Source: Bugula neritina
Taxonomy: Eukaryota > Animalia > Bryozoa
Direction of reading: 5' to 3'
NCBI GenBank assembly: GCA_964035545.1
Contig: OZ037765.1
Coordinates: forward strand, 4,474,698-4,538,697
Length of the DNA stretch: 64,000 nt
Shown: one piece after another, positions 13,665-25,808 of the stretch
How positions within the stretch are numbered: the stretch's first letter is position 1
Layout: each line of letters begins with the position of its first letter
The notes under the pieces: generated by a model
What the model was told of the DNA's origin: nothing
Database searches by the model: none
The model's input: the letters and a program-made list of their open reading frames with translations, nothing else
Translations under genes and position numbers: made by a program

Positions 13665-15329
13665 CTATGCCCGTTTGTACTTCATCTGTTTACGTTCCAT
13701 TTTGCGCTGTTTCTTCTCACTGATCTCTTCTTCATCAGGAGGTGGTGCAAAGATCCACGGAGCAGCCACATACACCCAGAACATGTACAGAGCTCTTAGC
13801 GGGGCCTAACACATACATCAGTAAACATAGATCACTGACAAACAGCTTTAATAGCAAAATAATTATCAAAACATACATCATACCAATTTGGTCACAATAA
13901 TTCTGAATGCAACACAAGATTATAGCCATAGACCCAAAGTTACAAAACGGTACTACTCCAAACATTTCAAACTATAACACCGATTTTAAGAAAAACAACT
14001 CAACACGTAGAGCTTGCTAAGAAACACTAAACAAACTAGAAATACCACAATTTCAATTAGTATACATATATTAATAGTTAATTGCGCTGTGATAATTTTA
14101 GATAATTTTAATAAGAAAAATCTCATAACTCAAATAAGGTTCATTAAACTAGACTCCAGCTTAAACACATAAAAAGTCAACCATTGTGGTGTAATGGCAA
14201 CAGTAATAACAACATCAAACTAGTGAATGCTTTGATCATAACAAAACTAGTTTCTTATCACTGAACTATATCTTATACAAGTTTTATAGATGATCAGCTA
14301 TATTATATAATATTATACAATGTAAGTGTAACCTACCAGTAACAATGCTAGCCACAACCACTCGGAGAACATACTTGATATCAACACAATCCAAGTCAAA
14401 ATAGACAGGTCTTTACAATGCCTGTAAGAATTGTAATTCAAAAAGTGAAACATGCTGTATTGGTTGATAAAAAACACTAACTGCTTGGCATTAACTTAAA
14501 CAGCTACTTTAGATATGAACAAATAAGAATACATTAAAATTTATATAATTTGTTAAAAAAATGAAATAAATAATTATTTAAACAAAACACGTACAATAAC
14601 AAGAAGCTATGGTAATAAGTAAAAATTCTATTGTAGAACTTGCATTAACATAGCACATACATTCAGCATGTTGGTATACTTTTGAAACATTTCTAACAGA
14701 TTATTGAAAAAGTTTGCTGAAATAAAATTTAAAAAAAACTAACTCAGCCATTCCATTTGTCATATTCAGATCTGTACCACAATCCAGCACCTCTCCGGTG
14801 GGACTCCTCTTAACATTGGCCATGAAGCACATGAATTTATAGGAGCACCATAAAATTGCTGTGGCAATACTGTTCATTGCCTACAGTAATCATAAAGTGT
14901 TTTGTGTTACTAATAAACAAGTAAAGAATGAAAGAAAAAATGCATATTATATAGCTCAAGATTGTTACCAACAAAGCAAATGCAGTACGCATATAAAATA
15001 TACACAGTTTAGTCTATTAACTTACATAAAATGTAGTAGAGAGAGTGTCATAGAATAAGCACATCTGTATAGTAACTGGTATTAACTAAAAAGCAAAAGA
15101 AATGCAGTAAGTTTAGTGTGGCAAGAATGTAGACAGACATATTTTCAATGAGGTGTAAATATTATTGTAAACAAGTAGAAAGCTCAATTGTATCCTAATA
15201 TTGTAGATAGCTTACCACACAAAGAATGGAAACATTTCTATAAAACAACAGAGTTTCTACATTTTCACTGATAATAGTTTTTTCTCCTCTAGTGGCCTGT
15301 TTTCCTGGTTTTGTAGTTATGTTGGACAT
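13665..15329 (-). CDS. TMEM208: Transmembrane protein 208 (SND2; SRP-independent ER targeting), ~178 aa
   Basis: Exons 15216-15329, 15026-15085, 14744-14880, 14337-14421, 13665-13805, in phase. Family motifs: GKQATRGEKTIISENVETLLFY, VLDCGTDLNMTNGMAEHCKD, APLRALYMFWVYVAAPW, EKKQRKMERKQMK. Probable 5'-UTR exon with donor at 16750. Confidence 0.95.
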
Positions 15330-15679
15330 GCTTATCTAACTGCAAAAATACGTAGACATGTTATTACATAAGCATGCACCTATTATATACATACAAAAAT
15401 ATACTTTTAGTCAGCAATTAGTTGGTGTATAACAAAGATTACAAAACTGTTAAGTGTGATAAGACAAGTTTAGGCAATAAGCTACAATTGTGGTTAAAGA
15501 CCACACTGTTCTCTTACAACCCTGCTTCCTGCAGTATGAAGGTTTAAAGAAACAAGTTGGAATTATTCCTTTTTCCAAAGAAGTTTCCAAGCAAAAGTTT
15601 TTTATGTTTTAAGTCATATTGATATTTATCCTTATGATTTGAAAGTTATCCTGACCATTGACTAAACCCCAAATAATGA

Positions 15680-16740
15680 TGGTTACTATTATCATTATGA
15701 TTATGATTCATTGATAATCAATATTATAATCACAATTATACCATCAGAATAAATTCATTTTTTACTTTAACTTTTAGAGTGCTTTGTTATTAAGCTTTAG
15801 TATATCAGTTCATGTCTACTAGTACTTCTATGTTCTAATTACACATCTCTTTAACTTACAACTGTAGTTATCACTTATATATCAGTATTATTATAACTAT
15901 AAAGTATAAGTCATAGTGATATTCATAGTCTCATACTCATACTACTGATAGAGATACTGTATAAATATCACCATTTTTTATGATTATGATAACGGATAAC
16001 CACTGTTAGTTGTAACTAAAAGTAAAAGTTAATATTATTCTAACACTAACTCTAAGTAATGAACTAACAATTTGTTAGTCACAGTGTTATAATAATATCT
16101 ATCATAGTTAATCATAAATTTAATGTTATTGTTATAAAAACAGTAATATTAAATTTAATGTTTTAACTGCTGAGAGTGATATTATTCTGGTATACGTGTA
16201 CTAATATCATTAGTATTACAGTTACTTATACTATAACTAATACTATCACTATGAGTATGACTATGAGTATGAGTCACAAACTTACTATGACTATCACTAT
16301 CACTATGATTCCATGAGATTGAATATTACTATGACTCAATGAAATTGAGTATCACTATTTATATGACCATCGGCATCACCATCAGTATCACATTCTGATT
16401 CACTTTGATTTTCTGATTCTCATACTCATACTGATGCTCATACTCCTAGTCATACTTATAGTTATACTCATGTTGATTTTGATTCACTGTGATAGTGACT
16501 ATGAGTTAGAGTATGATAATCATAATATTAAATTTAATGATAATCATAATCATAATCATAATGATGCATTAAATTACAATGCGACGATTGTTCTGCATCT
16601 CATATCTAGCAAAACCTTAATCGAGCTTATAATTAAAATTATCGATAAACATAGTAATAATGAGCTTAAAATTATATAACTGCACTCGTATTACTATTAC
16701 TATTAGTATTAGTCATATAAATTTAATTCAATTGTGATTG
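15680..16740. other. Cryptic 6-bp-periodic tract in the presumed TMEM208 first intron
   Basis: For example ATCACT ATGAGT ATGACT ATGAGT ATGAGT and TACTCA TACTGA TGCTCA TACTCC TAGTCA TACTTA TAGTTA. It ends next to the minus-strand donor CTG|GTAAAC at 16750. Confidence 0.75.
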
Positions 16741-17337
16741 TTTAGTTTACCAGTGGCAAGGTCACTTCTGTGTCATTAAAAAGTAATTTGCATAGTAAAA
16801 TACTGGGCTCGTGATAGTTAGACCCTTTTTCATAGTTTTTATGAACTGGAGAAGACCGAGTTTCTAGTTCAGTGAATTTCCCCACTTCTCTGCAAAATGA
16901 TCGAAGGATCGTTTAAAAACATGTTGACAAAAACCATTTCTATTTCCTTTTTTTCATTAGAAACGACAACTCCATAAACTAATTAAACGGTCGTTTTGTA
17001 AACATTAGTCAATATTATATATGTTTATATAAATATTTATTAGTAGTCACATTTATTTTCATGTTATTGTATGCATGACCACAAAAATTTACAATTGCAT
17101 GATAGAGTCAAAATTTTATTATAATCATTTTATTACAGATGAACACTAACAAAAAGTAGCTAAACATTATGTTTGTGAAAGTGCATAACTTTTCCTCAAC
17201 ACAGCATATTCATACAATTTATATGAGCTACGTCCTTGATTTTTGCATATATTACATGAATAAACAAATAAGAAGATTTACATGTCTACTATATCAAATA
17301 TTTTAGATGCTTCTTTTTATAAAAGTCAAGGTAAAAA

Positions 17338-18246
17338 TTATTCGTTTGGGAGTTTAATTCGAACAGTAGTGCAGCTAGGTGTGCTGCGCTTCTTCATTAT
17401 AGATACAGGATTAAAATCTACAGATACTGAAGTAGCACGTTCTCTATCTACTGGCTTTATATCGTTTGTCCAATCATCATCTCCATCATTGGGCATAAAT
17501 TCATCTAAAATTTTGCTGAAGAGGAGTGATGACTGGGGCCGTTCAGAGGGCCTAATCCTCACAGCCTGGGCGTCTTGAATACAGCAGTTAATATAAGCAT
17601 CCACTCCTATTGGCTCTTTTTCTTCAAAGTCGTAGCTAGACTCAGTATGGTCTCTAAGATTGCAGGATATAGATACTCTTTCTACTGCTCTTTTAGGGGT
17701 TCTAATACAAGCAGTTGTGTCGGGAATGGATTTGTATTTGCCATGAATAACTGAACCAAATGCTGTCTTTGGTCTATGTTTTATCTTCTTGTGTATGTAG
17801 TCTACCATTATGTCAGACGTTGGAGGGTTGCTTCTGTAAATGCTTCCTTCTAAAGCTTCATTTTTAATAAATGGCTTTTCCTGTGAAACATTTTCGTAAC
17901 TACTTGTATCTAAACTTCTGTTCTTTAGACTAGCACTAGGTGGCTTTTGGCCTAAAGATACACTTCTGTTGCGAAAAGAGCCCATTCTCTTGTTTTCTAA
18001 ATGCATGTTACCAACTAGTTCAGATGTGTTGAGACTTTTCTCTGCCCTGCATGTTGTCCTTTCAGAATATAAAATGGTGGACTTTTCTCTATGAGAATAA
18101 TTTGACTTCTCAGGAGATGTTTCTGTACAATATTCTTCTCTGTCTTCAGGAGCGGCGATTGTTTGTTCTGTCAGCTGATCAAACATAATCTTTTTCTTTG
18201 TTTTACTTGCTTTAGTCATTTTATACACTACAACATTTATAAGCAT
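17338..18246 (-). CDS. Uncharacterised, largely disordered Ser/Thr/Lys-rich protein with a single coding exon (start 18246 or MTKASK at 18219)
   Basis: 909-bp ORF in very AT-rich DNA. Acceptor-like CTACAG upstream at ~18266, donor at ~18500, several AATAAA downstream (17036-17134). No recognisable domain. Confidence 0.7.
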   Translation of the reverse strand: MLINVVVYKMTKASKTKKKIMFDQLTEQTIAAPEDREEYCTETSPEKSNYSHREKSTILYSERTTCRAEKSLNTSELVGNMHLENKRMGSFRNRSVSLGQKPPSASLKNRSLDTSSYENVSQEKPFIKNEALEGSIYRSNPPTSDIMVDYIHKKIKHRPKTAFGSVIHGKYKSIPDTTACIRTPKRAVERVSISCNLRDHTESSYDFEEKEPIGVDAYINCCIQDAQAVRIRPSERPQSSLLFSKILDEFMPNDGDDDWTNDIKPVDRERATSVSVDFNPVSIMKKRSTPSCTTVRIKLPNE

Positions 18247-19722
18247 TTAACAAGATCTAGACATCTGTAGACTTAAACAAGTGTAATAATAGCATAATGC
18301 TTAAGCCTTTATTTATACCAAATGCAAATAACTATAATATAATAGCCTACAATAAAAAATATTGCACTGAGCATAACTATTATGCGCTATATTATGCATG
18401 TATCTATCATTTAAGCTTAGTATATTGAAGCATTTTTAAATGATTACAGTTAGACATGCAAAGGCAGATTATAACAGCCAGACAGATATATAGTTCTTAC
18501 CAAGCCTGTTCTTTCAGCAATGTGCTTCCCAATGAACTAAAATTTTGTAATTGTACATTTGTGTTTTAAAAGGCTTGTTCAACACTGGATGCATTGGCAC
18601 TGGCTAGCAGCGATAATATACAACAGGTATAACTAATTGCTTTTAAAATAACAACTGAATAATAACAATATTTGAATAGCATTGCTGCTGCATTTATTTC
18701 TTGCACTTATTTGACATATTAGGATGTTATTTTTAGAACTAAGTAACAGTCTGAGTTGTGTAATTCCATTGTACTCGTGTTTATACTGGTATATGTGAGT
18801 TGTGTGTGTCAGATCTAAACAAGTTGTTGACAAGTGAGTGTTTTCACCCTGTACTTTGGTCACGTGTTAGTTTATAGAACAAATATTACCCTATGCTCTG
18901 CTATCTACTGTACTGTAAATATTATGTAGATCTACAAAACTGACTAATGAGTGGTTAATAGAAACCAGTTTAGAAACCAATAAACGTCTGACTACAGTTT
19001 CATTTCTATGCAACTGATTTATGGTTTTAGCGCTTTTAAATCAAGAGCTATTGTAAATAACATTCTTATTTTCTTCAAAGCAATTAGTAGAACTATTATC
19101 ATTAGTAGGGTAAAAAAAAACATTTGAACTTATAACAGTTTATAAATAAATTATACGGGTAATAGGCCTATATTTCAGCAGCACTATAAAAGTCTCCTAT
19201 GTAAAAAGTATTAAACAATGCATATAAATGTAGTTGTATGTAACAGCTAGGTTGCTGATTTATGACAAGAGTTTTCTACAAACAAATTATTACTATGTTC
19301 ACGTGGTACATTCCTGAGAATAACCCCAAGCATTGGTATTTATGCATAGAATATTTGAATTGAATATAAAAATTTGAAAAGAAATAAAGTTTTATCAAAG
19401 GCGCTTTTTTCATAAAAAAATAATGTTCTAAGTTCGCTATAATATCTATCTTTAAAAAAAATAACATAACAGTTCTGGCCTAAAATGTATCAACCATATT
19501 TGGCACATAAAATTTCGATAATATTGTAATAAAATTACTCATATATTTTAGATTATAGTTTTGATATAAAACAAGAGTTCATCAATTTTTTACCCTTTCA
19601 CCTATTAAAACTACAATACCAATTAAACAAAATGCCTGTACATGTATGCCATAAAACACTTACATGCTAATGTTAGTTGTTACTACTGCATTTTTTTGAT
19701 GTATCAATTATAGTTTGTCAAT

Positions 19723-21189
19723 CTATAGATTGATGTTGCTGTGTCTGCAATACATTTGCATGCAGACCCATAGTGGTGAGACATGATAGCATTTGTCAGC
19801 CCTGAGTCGAAATGTTGGACTTTTACCTGTTATTCCTGGATCTGCCATGAAAACCTTCAACCAAGCAGTCTTACTCATCTCACAGGGGGAGATAAACCCT
19901 GTTGAAAAACGCCTAATCTGAAACAATGGAGAACATACTGGAGTCGTGATAATTCCTCCTTGACCTTGTTCAAATCAACTATAGAACAGGCTTTTGTAAC
20001 CTGTGTTCGAATTTGTAAATATCTTTTTAAAGTTGTCTGCACATCATGATCTCCAAGTTGCTGCTGATACATTTTCATTGAGTGGTTGTAAAACTCAGTT
20101 TCATTTGTTGAACGGAGATGATGAATAATCAATTCCTTAGAAGTTCTGTTTAATTATTTTTTATCATTATTGCATTTCGTAGCTCCCCAATCGTTGCCCC
20201 CATTCTCTATACATGGCTGGTAGAGAACGTCATATAAACTCAGATTAGCTTTCTTAGACAGAAGTACAAGAGACTTGTCCATGTTTCCACCATCTGGCGA
20301 AAGAATTAGCAGGTTTTTAGACAGATGGAGTGCATCTGCTATAGTCCTTCTGAAATAAGTTGATGTGGTGGTAGTAAAGTCTCGTGTCCACTACTTAAAT
20401 AATCCTGCAAACTAGCGTCTCAGTGTTTTTTAAGCTTAACATAGTAGTTATAGCCACTCCATATTCGTTTAACAGGGTCTCTTATTTGAATAAATATTAG
20501 TGGTTTACTACAAAAATTTATTTTTTTTTGAGTAAGAATAATCTGGAAAGTGCTGTTTCTGGTATGATGTGTTCCAACAACATCATAACACAAATTATTG
20601 TTAAGCATTGGGTCGTCAGCTGAAAATTTCCAATAGAGAAAAACTGTCATGTTTCTGCTGGACGAACATGAATTTGGAAGAGTTGACATAGTAGTTCCTC
20701 CTGTTTTGTATGCTTTAATGAAACCTAAAGAGTTACAGCTCTTCAATCTATCCTTGGCTACACGAGTCTGTATCAACGGGAACTTTTGTGTCAAGTTCTT
20801 TTGCAGTTTTGCTTTGTTATTCCCAATTTTGATTTTGTTACAATTGTTGTCAATTAGATTTAATGTACTACATTCTAAGGCTATTTGCTGCATATATCTG
20901 ATGGTGCAGTCTGTATTGAAATTACACCCTGTCTTTGCTGTTGAGATATTTCTACAGTATTTAAACTTTGATTTTCTTTAACTAATACACGGCTCTTAAT
21001 TGCTTTAGATAGCTGATGTTTTCGCCCTTGGTTTCCTTTTTCTGGTACAGAAAGAGAACTTTTGTTATGAGTGTAGTAGTCTTCACCAAGCTAGTCAGAG
21101 GTGGTACTTGTAGAATATATACTATACATTCCTGTGGCACCCAGGAGCACCAAGAGCGCAAGAGAGATATATTTCTTATGTTGTCTCAT
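19723..21189 (-). pseudogene. Disrupted Golgi-type sulfotransferase, paralogue of 23069-24517
   Basis: N-terminal TM anchor MRQHKKYISLALLVLLGATG followed soon by TAG. 5'-PSB LGFIKAYKTGGTT and 3'-PB IRDPVKRIWSGYNY are present. In-frame TGA at 20420, 2-bp insertion near 20341, further frameshift near 19885. Same C-terminus VSPLWVCMQMYCR. Confidence 0.88.
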
Positions 21190-21478
21190 TCTATGTCGGA
21201 GCTTATATGGAGAATTGTTTACAGCAAATCCAAAACACACAATTTTATAGACTGCAGTTTTTTGGGTAAAATTTGCTCAAATGTCGACAGGCTCATTCTG
21301 ACAACTCCTTGATGTTAGAAACTTTTTAATGCTAACATCTGATGAGAAATTACCTGTCATAAGATGATGTGCAGCTGTTTATATTGGAAGCTCTTTACAC
21401 TTCTCATAACTACATTTTATATGATAAATTATTCAACTTAATAAACCAGTATGCATGAATTGTTCACCTCTTAATAAA

Positions 21479-21559
21479 AAAACTCATGCAAGTTTATAGT
21501 CATTATCCCTGTGAGAAACCCCTGATAGAAAGGGTTCTTCAAAGTAGGCTAAAGACTTC
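21479..21559 (-). mobile_element. 5'-truncated copy of the same SINE
   Basis: Matches the SINE 3' end (AACTCATGCAAGTTTATAGTC..CCCTGTGAGAAACCCC). Flanked by the imperfect repeat TTCAC(C/A)TCTTAAT(A/G)AA. Confidence 0.8.
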
Positions 21560-22093
21560 TTCACATCTTAATGAACAACTATCACGCACTATTATATAGT
21601 AAGATCGTATTTACAATTAGCTCAACTTTCTAATGAAATAACAAAGTATGGAGAGTACATACTATAGCTAAATTCCCTTGTAAGCAAATGCATGTGCTTA
21701 TTTGAAGCCCTAAAAGACTTTAATTTATCAGAGGTCATTATAGCTTTGCAGCAAGACATAGATGGTGTTAATCATCACAAATCTATTAGCAGTTAAAAGC
21801 CTGGAGATGGTAGATAGTTCTTAGTTATGCTTAATTTGGAGTTATACTGTAACGGCCAGCATAGCCTTTTTGTAACTCATCCTGTTGGTACAAATAAATA
21901 GAAACCCAAGTAATGAAAATGCATTTATAAATTAGTTATACTTAGCTTGTCAAAGCTATTGTCATTAAATTTAAGCTATATTTGTTTTCCCTAGAACTAG
22001 CACAGCTGTTTTGAGCTGTTATGCTAGCCAACACATCTTGTAAACTAGCTAGCTATATAAGGCTTTGTAGGCTGCACATGTGTTTGTTCTAGA

Positions 22094-22134
22094 CTCGAGC
22101 ACTTGGCCTAGCCATGGAAGGCCAAGTGCTCGAG
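22094..22134. repeat. Near-perfect 41-bp GC-rich palindrome
   Basis: CTCGAGCACTTGGCCT-AGCCATGGA-AGGCCAAGTGCTCGAG, with 16-bp perfect arms. Confidence 0.9.
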
Positions 22135-22585
22135 CCATGACCAGTGCAGCCGTTTTATAGAACTAGTAGAGCCAATCAGGTGATACAGTTTTTCTTGATA
22201 ATTACTAATATCTTTGCATTTTAATATGAACTCTTAATTGTTTGACAATAACCTGGTGACTATGATACATCTTTGCATATTTTTACTAACATGTTGTTTT
22301 ATACATTACTATTATAGTTTTCACGTTGCCTTATGGCATCAGTAGAAACTTAAGGCTCCAATAAAGTACCATCAACACCATAACACACAAACGACTGCTA
22401 CATATACTCTCATGTCTAATTTGATGAAAGTTGTTGGAATTCCCAACTGTATTATGGTATTCTTGACCATAAAATAAATGACATCACAAATCTTATCAAC
22501 TATGAAAGAAGAATAAAATAATTTTTTCTGATTACATAATAAAATTTGCCAGTTCCTCAAACACTGAAGTGCATGAAATAAATTT

Positions 22586-22690
22586 ATTATAATATATAAT
22601 ATAATATAATATAAATATTATAATATAATATAATATAAATATTATAATATAATATAATATAAATATTATAATACAATTGTATTATAATAT
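22586..22690. repeat. AT-only minisatellite (ATAAT-based)
   Basis: Tandem ATAATATAATATAAATATT-like units. Confidence 0.85.
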
Positions 22691-23068
22691 TCAAAAGGAC
22701 AAAAGAATGATCAGAATTATATTATTTTCACAAGACACGTGAGATACTAGCAGTTTTTTGAAAAATACAAAGGAAGAATTGTAGCACTGACCGCTTTATA
22801 ACAGTAAAAATTTTAAATTGTTACTTTTATCTAAAAATGTTAATCCAGATTTATTTACCTTTAGTTTTAGTTTAGGTGTATAAACAACATAAGAAATCCT
22901 CCATCTGTTGTAATTCTCCTCTGGTTGACATTGCTGTAATACAATAGATTCAATCTAAGTTAGGTAAGATTTAGCTTTACTTTGCCAAAATTATGCGTTA
23001 CAAGATTCTGCATGCAAAGCAAAATTTGTATATATACCTATTATTAAGCCAATATTGAATAAAATGCA

Positions 23069-24517
23069 TCATATAAGAATTCTGCAATACATTTGCATGC
23101 AGACCCATAGTGGTGAGACAAGGTGTAAGTTATCTGAATTCAAGTGAAACACATGCTCTCTGTTGTCATACTGTATTCTTGAATCTGCCAGAAACACGTT
23201 TTGCCAGGCAGTTTTACTGATCTCACTAGAGCAGGCCTTCATCGCTTGGGTTCTCATCAGTTTATATTGTTTTACAGTTGTCTCTACATTGTAATCTATA
23301 AGTTCCTTTTCAAATATTTTCTTTGCTTGAATGTAGAATTTTGTTTCTTCTGTTGAACTAAGATAACGTATAATTGATTCTTTAGAAGCTTTCTCTAATG
23401 GTCTTTTGTTAAAGTTACATTTTGTAGCTTTCCAATGGTTTTCTTTTTCGCTACACGGCTGGTAGAGAACGTCACATAAACTCAGATTAGCTTTCTTAGA
23501 CAGAAGTACAAGAGACTTATCCATGTTTTCACCATCTGACGAAAGAATTAGCAGGTCTTTAGACAAATGGAGTGCATCTGCTAGTCTTTCTGAAATAAAC
23601 TGATGTGGTGGCAGTAAAGTCTCGTGTCCACTTCTAAAATAATCCAATAAACTAACTTGTAGCTGTTTGTTGACCTTGACATAGTGATTGTAGCTGCTCC
23701 ATATGCGTTCAATAGGATCTCTTACCAGTGTGAACAAAATGAGCTTATTGCAGAAAAAAAGTTTAGCTTTTTGGAAAGTGCTTTGATAAAAGTATTTCTT
23801 TGGGTGATGAGTTCCAACAATATCAAAACAGACGTTACGATTCCCAAGTTTTTTTCCAGGAGCTGGCCATTCCGATTTTATGACTCGATTTTGACTGATG
23901 GAGTATGAGTTTAGCAGTGTGGAGATGGTAGATCCTCCTACTTTGTAAGGTTTAATAAAGCCTAAAGATGCACTGACAGTTTTCTTGTTATATTCATCCC
24001 ACCGACTCTGCATTTGACTTATTTTGCTTTCAATAAGTTCATAAAAACTGAGTGAAAGGGGTTTCTGCATTTCCACTTGACTTGTAGAGTTGAAAGAACT
24101 TGGCATACTTATGATAACAGCTATGAACTGCATCAACTCTCTGCTACAGCTAGAAAATGCTTGTTGCACATGTGAATCCTCCTCATAGTTGCTCAAGAGA
24201 GCAGAAATACAAGATCGTATGGTATAGTTTAAATGACTGTCCTCCAAATATTTTTCTATATCTGAAGAGTCGGTTCTTTTTAGAGTTGTCTTCTTTGTTA
24301 GAGCCGAATAACTGTTAAAACTTATAGCCTGTTGTTCCCAGTTTGACATATTTGAAGCAGCTGCCGCTTTTAAAGCCAGAAAAAGCTTGACATCCTTTTT
24401 CTCAACTGGCTCTCTAGGACTTAATGCTATGTTTAACCCAGTACCACACATGGCGAATAGTGTGAATAGCACAGCCTTCCTCCATGATATTTTAGCCCAG
24501 CTTTTCAACCTCTTCAT
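23069..24517 (-). CDS. Type II membrane (Golgi) sulfotransferase, galactose-3-O-sulfotransferase-like, intronless CDS, 482 aa
   Basis: Basic N-tail plus TM helix (AVLFTLFAMCGTGLNIAL) and a stem region. PAPS-binding 5'-PSB FIKPYKVGGST and 3'-PB TLVRDPIERIWSSYNHY. MDKSLVLL resembles the GAL3ST xDESLVLL motif. Substrate cannot be determined. Confidence 0.88.
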   Translation of the reverse strand: MKRLKSWAKISWRKAVLFTLFAMCGTGLNIALSPREPVEKKDVKLFLALKAAAASNMSNWEQQAISFNSYSALTKKTTLKRTDSSDIEKYLEDSHLNYTIRSCISALLSNYEEDSHVQQAFSSCSRELMQFIAVIISMPSSFNSTSQVEMQKPLSLSFYELIESKISQMQSRWDEYNKKTVSASLGFIKPYKVGGSTISTLLNSYSISQNRVIKSEWPAPGKKLGNRNVCFDIVGTHHPKKYFYQSTFQKAKLFFCNKLILFTLVRDPIERIWSSYNHYVKVNKQLQVSLLDYFRSGHETLLPPHQFISERLADALHLSKDLLILSSDGENMDKSLVLLSKKANLSLCDVLYQPCSEKENHWKATKCNFNKRPLEKASKESIIRYLSSTEETKFYIQAKKIFEKELIDYNVETTVKQYKLMRTQAMKACSSEISKTAWQNVFLADSRIQYDNREHVFHLNSDNLHLVSPLWVCMQMYCRILI

Positions 24518-25808
24518 TTTAGTACAGCTTCTAACCTTAATAATAAAAAACAGCTTTTCTACAAAAACTTTTTAGTCACTAAAAACAATCATAGTGATTT
24601 ATTGTCTATAAGTCTAGAGTCTAGCTCATAAAATATTTGACAGTGAGCAGAGAACAATTACCACATACTGAGTTATTGAAACTTCTTTTTAAAGTATGTA
24701 TAATAACACATATAATATATTACGTTATAGATGTAAAGTATGAGCTACATAATATATAAAGTTACATAGATCTAAAAGGTCTGGCCTGGATAATTTTATA
24801 TATTCAACATGCATCTATGCTATCAAAATATTAAAAGATGTTTTTGCTTCTACTTGTTCACTTTAGATGTCATAGCTTGTAATAAGTATTACAACTAAAT
24901 ACTATAACTACCTAGCATGAATGTTGTCAAAGTCAAGCTCAATACTCATTTCCAATTCAGATTATATATAAAACATCATCTTGTATCTTGTAGCTATGAA
25001 TTTAATAAAGTAAATGTAAGCATATATGCTACTAAAGTGCTACAAGTTTAAAAATGAAGCCACAACTTGAATATATTATTTGAGAACTTCTAAAATTTTA
25101 CACACCTTGCAAATCCAAGATGCGGTGGACACCCATGCACAAACAACAAGTAACAGTAGAGTGTCTGTTTACACACATGATGAGCTAATCAATAATATAA
25201 ACTCATGTCATTGTCAATATCAATTACTTATATAGCCTCTTGTCCTACATACAACAATAGCCTCATTAATGCATAATTCGATGTTACAATTTATTGGAAA
25301 TCTATAACTGCTAGTAAAAAGGGTGACTTTGCAAGTTGAGCAGAATTAAAAAGTCAAGTTATGAATGTGTAAAAAATGAAATTACTTCAATTGATTGAAC
25401 TATAATATGCTTAATTAACTTGATTAGTTACATTATTTAATTAAGTGAACAAGTTTAATTAAAATAATTAAATGATATAAACCTGTTGCAAATAAAAAAA
25501 GAATAAAGTAGATGTATGGTTTCACATCTATGGTATAAAATTTATTCATCAAGCACAGATGTACACTACAGATCAGTGTTGTGAGATTAAAAAGTGTTTG
25601 AATATAAGTATTTTGACAGTAAAGTAAATCCAAAATCCATGAGAAAAATAAAAAGAGTGTCAATAATACCCGCATGTAATACTGAAGTAAAAATACTGAT
25701 TTGATAAACTTTGAAAAATTGTTTGATTAAAATCTAGTTGGCTACTTTACCTATCGTCTGTATTATAAACATTGCTATAACAAATTGAGTATATAAGCCA
25801 ACACTTGG

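Noticed and set aside
16434-16679. ORFs 16434-16679 and 42391-42696 with alternating residues
   Set aside because: By-products of the 6-bp-periodic non-coding tracts.
20420-20422. In-frame TGA as selenocysteine/readthrough in the sulfotransferase copy
   Set aside because: The same copy has additional frameshifts and an early TAG, so it is a pseudogene.
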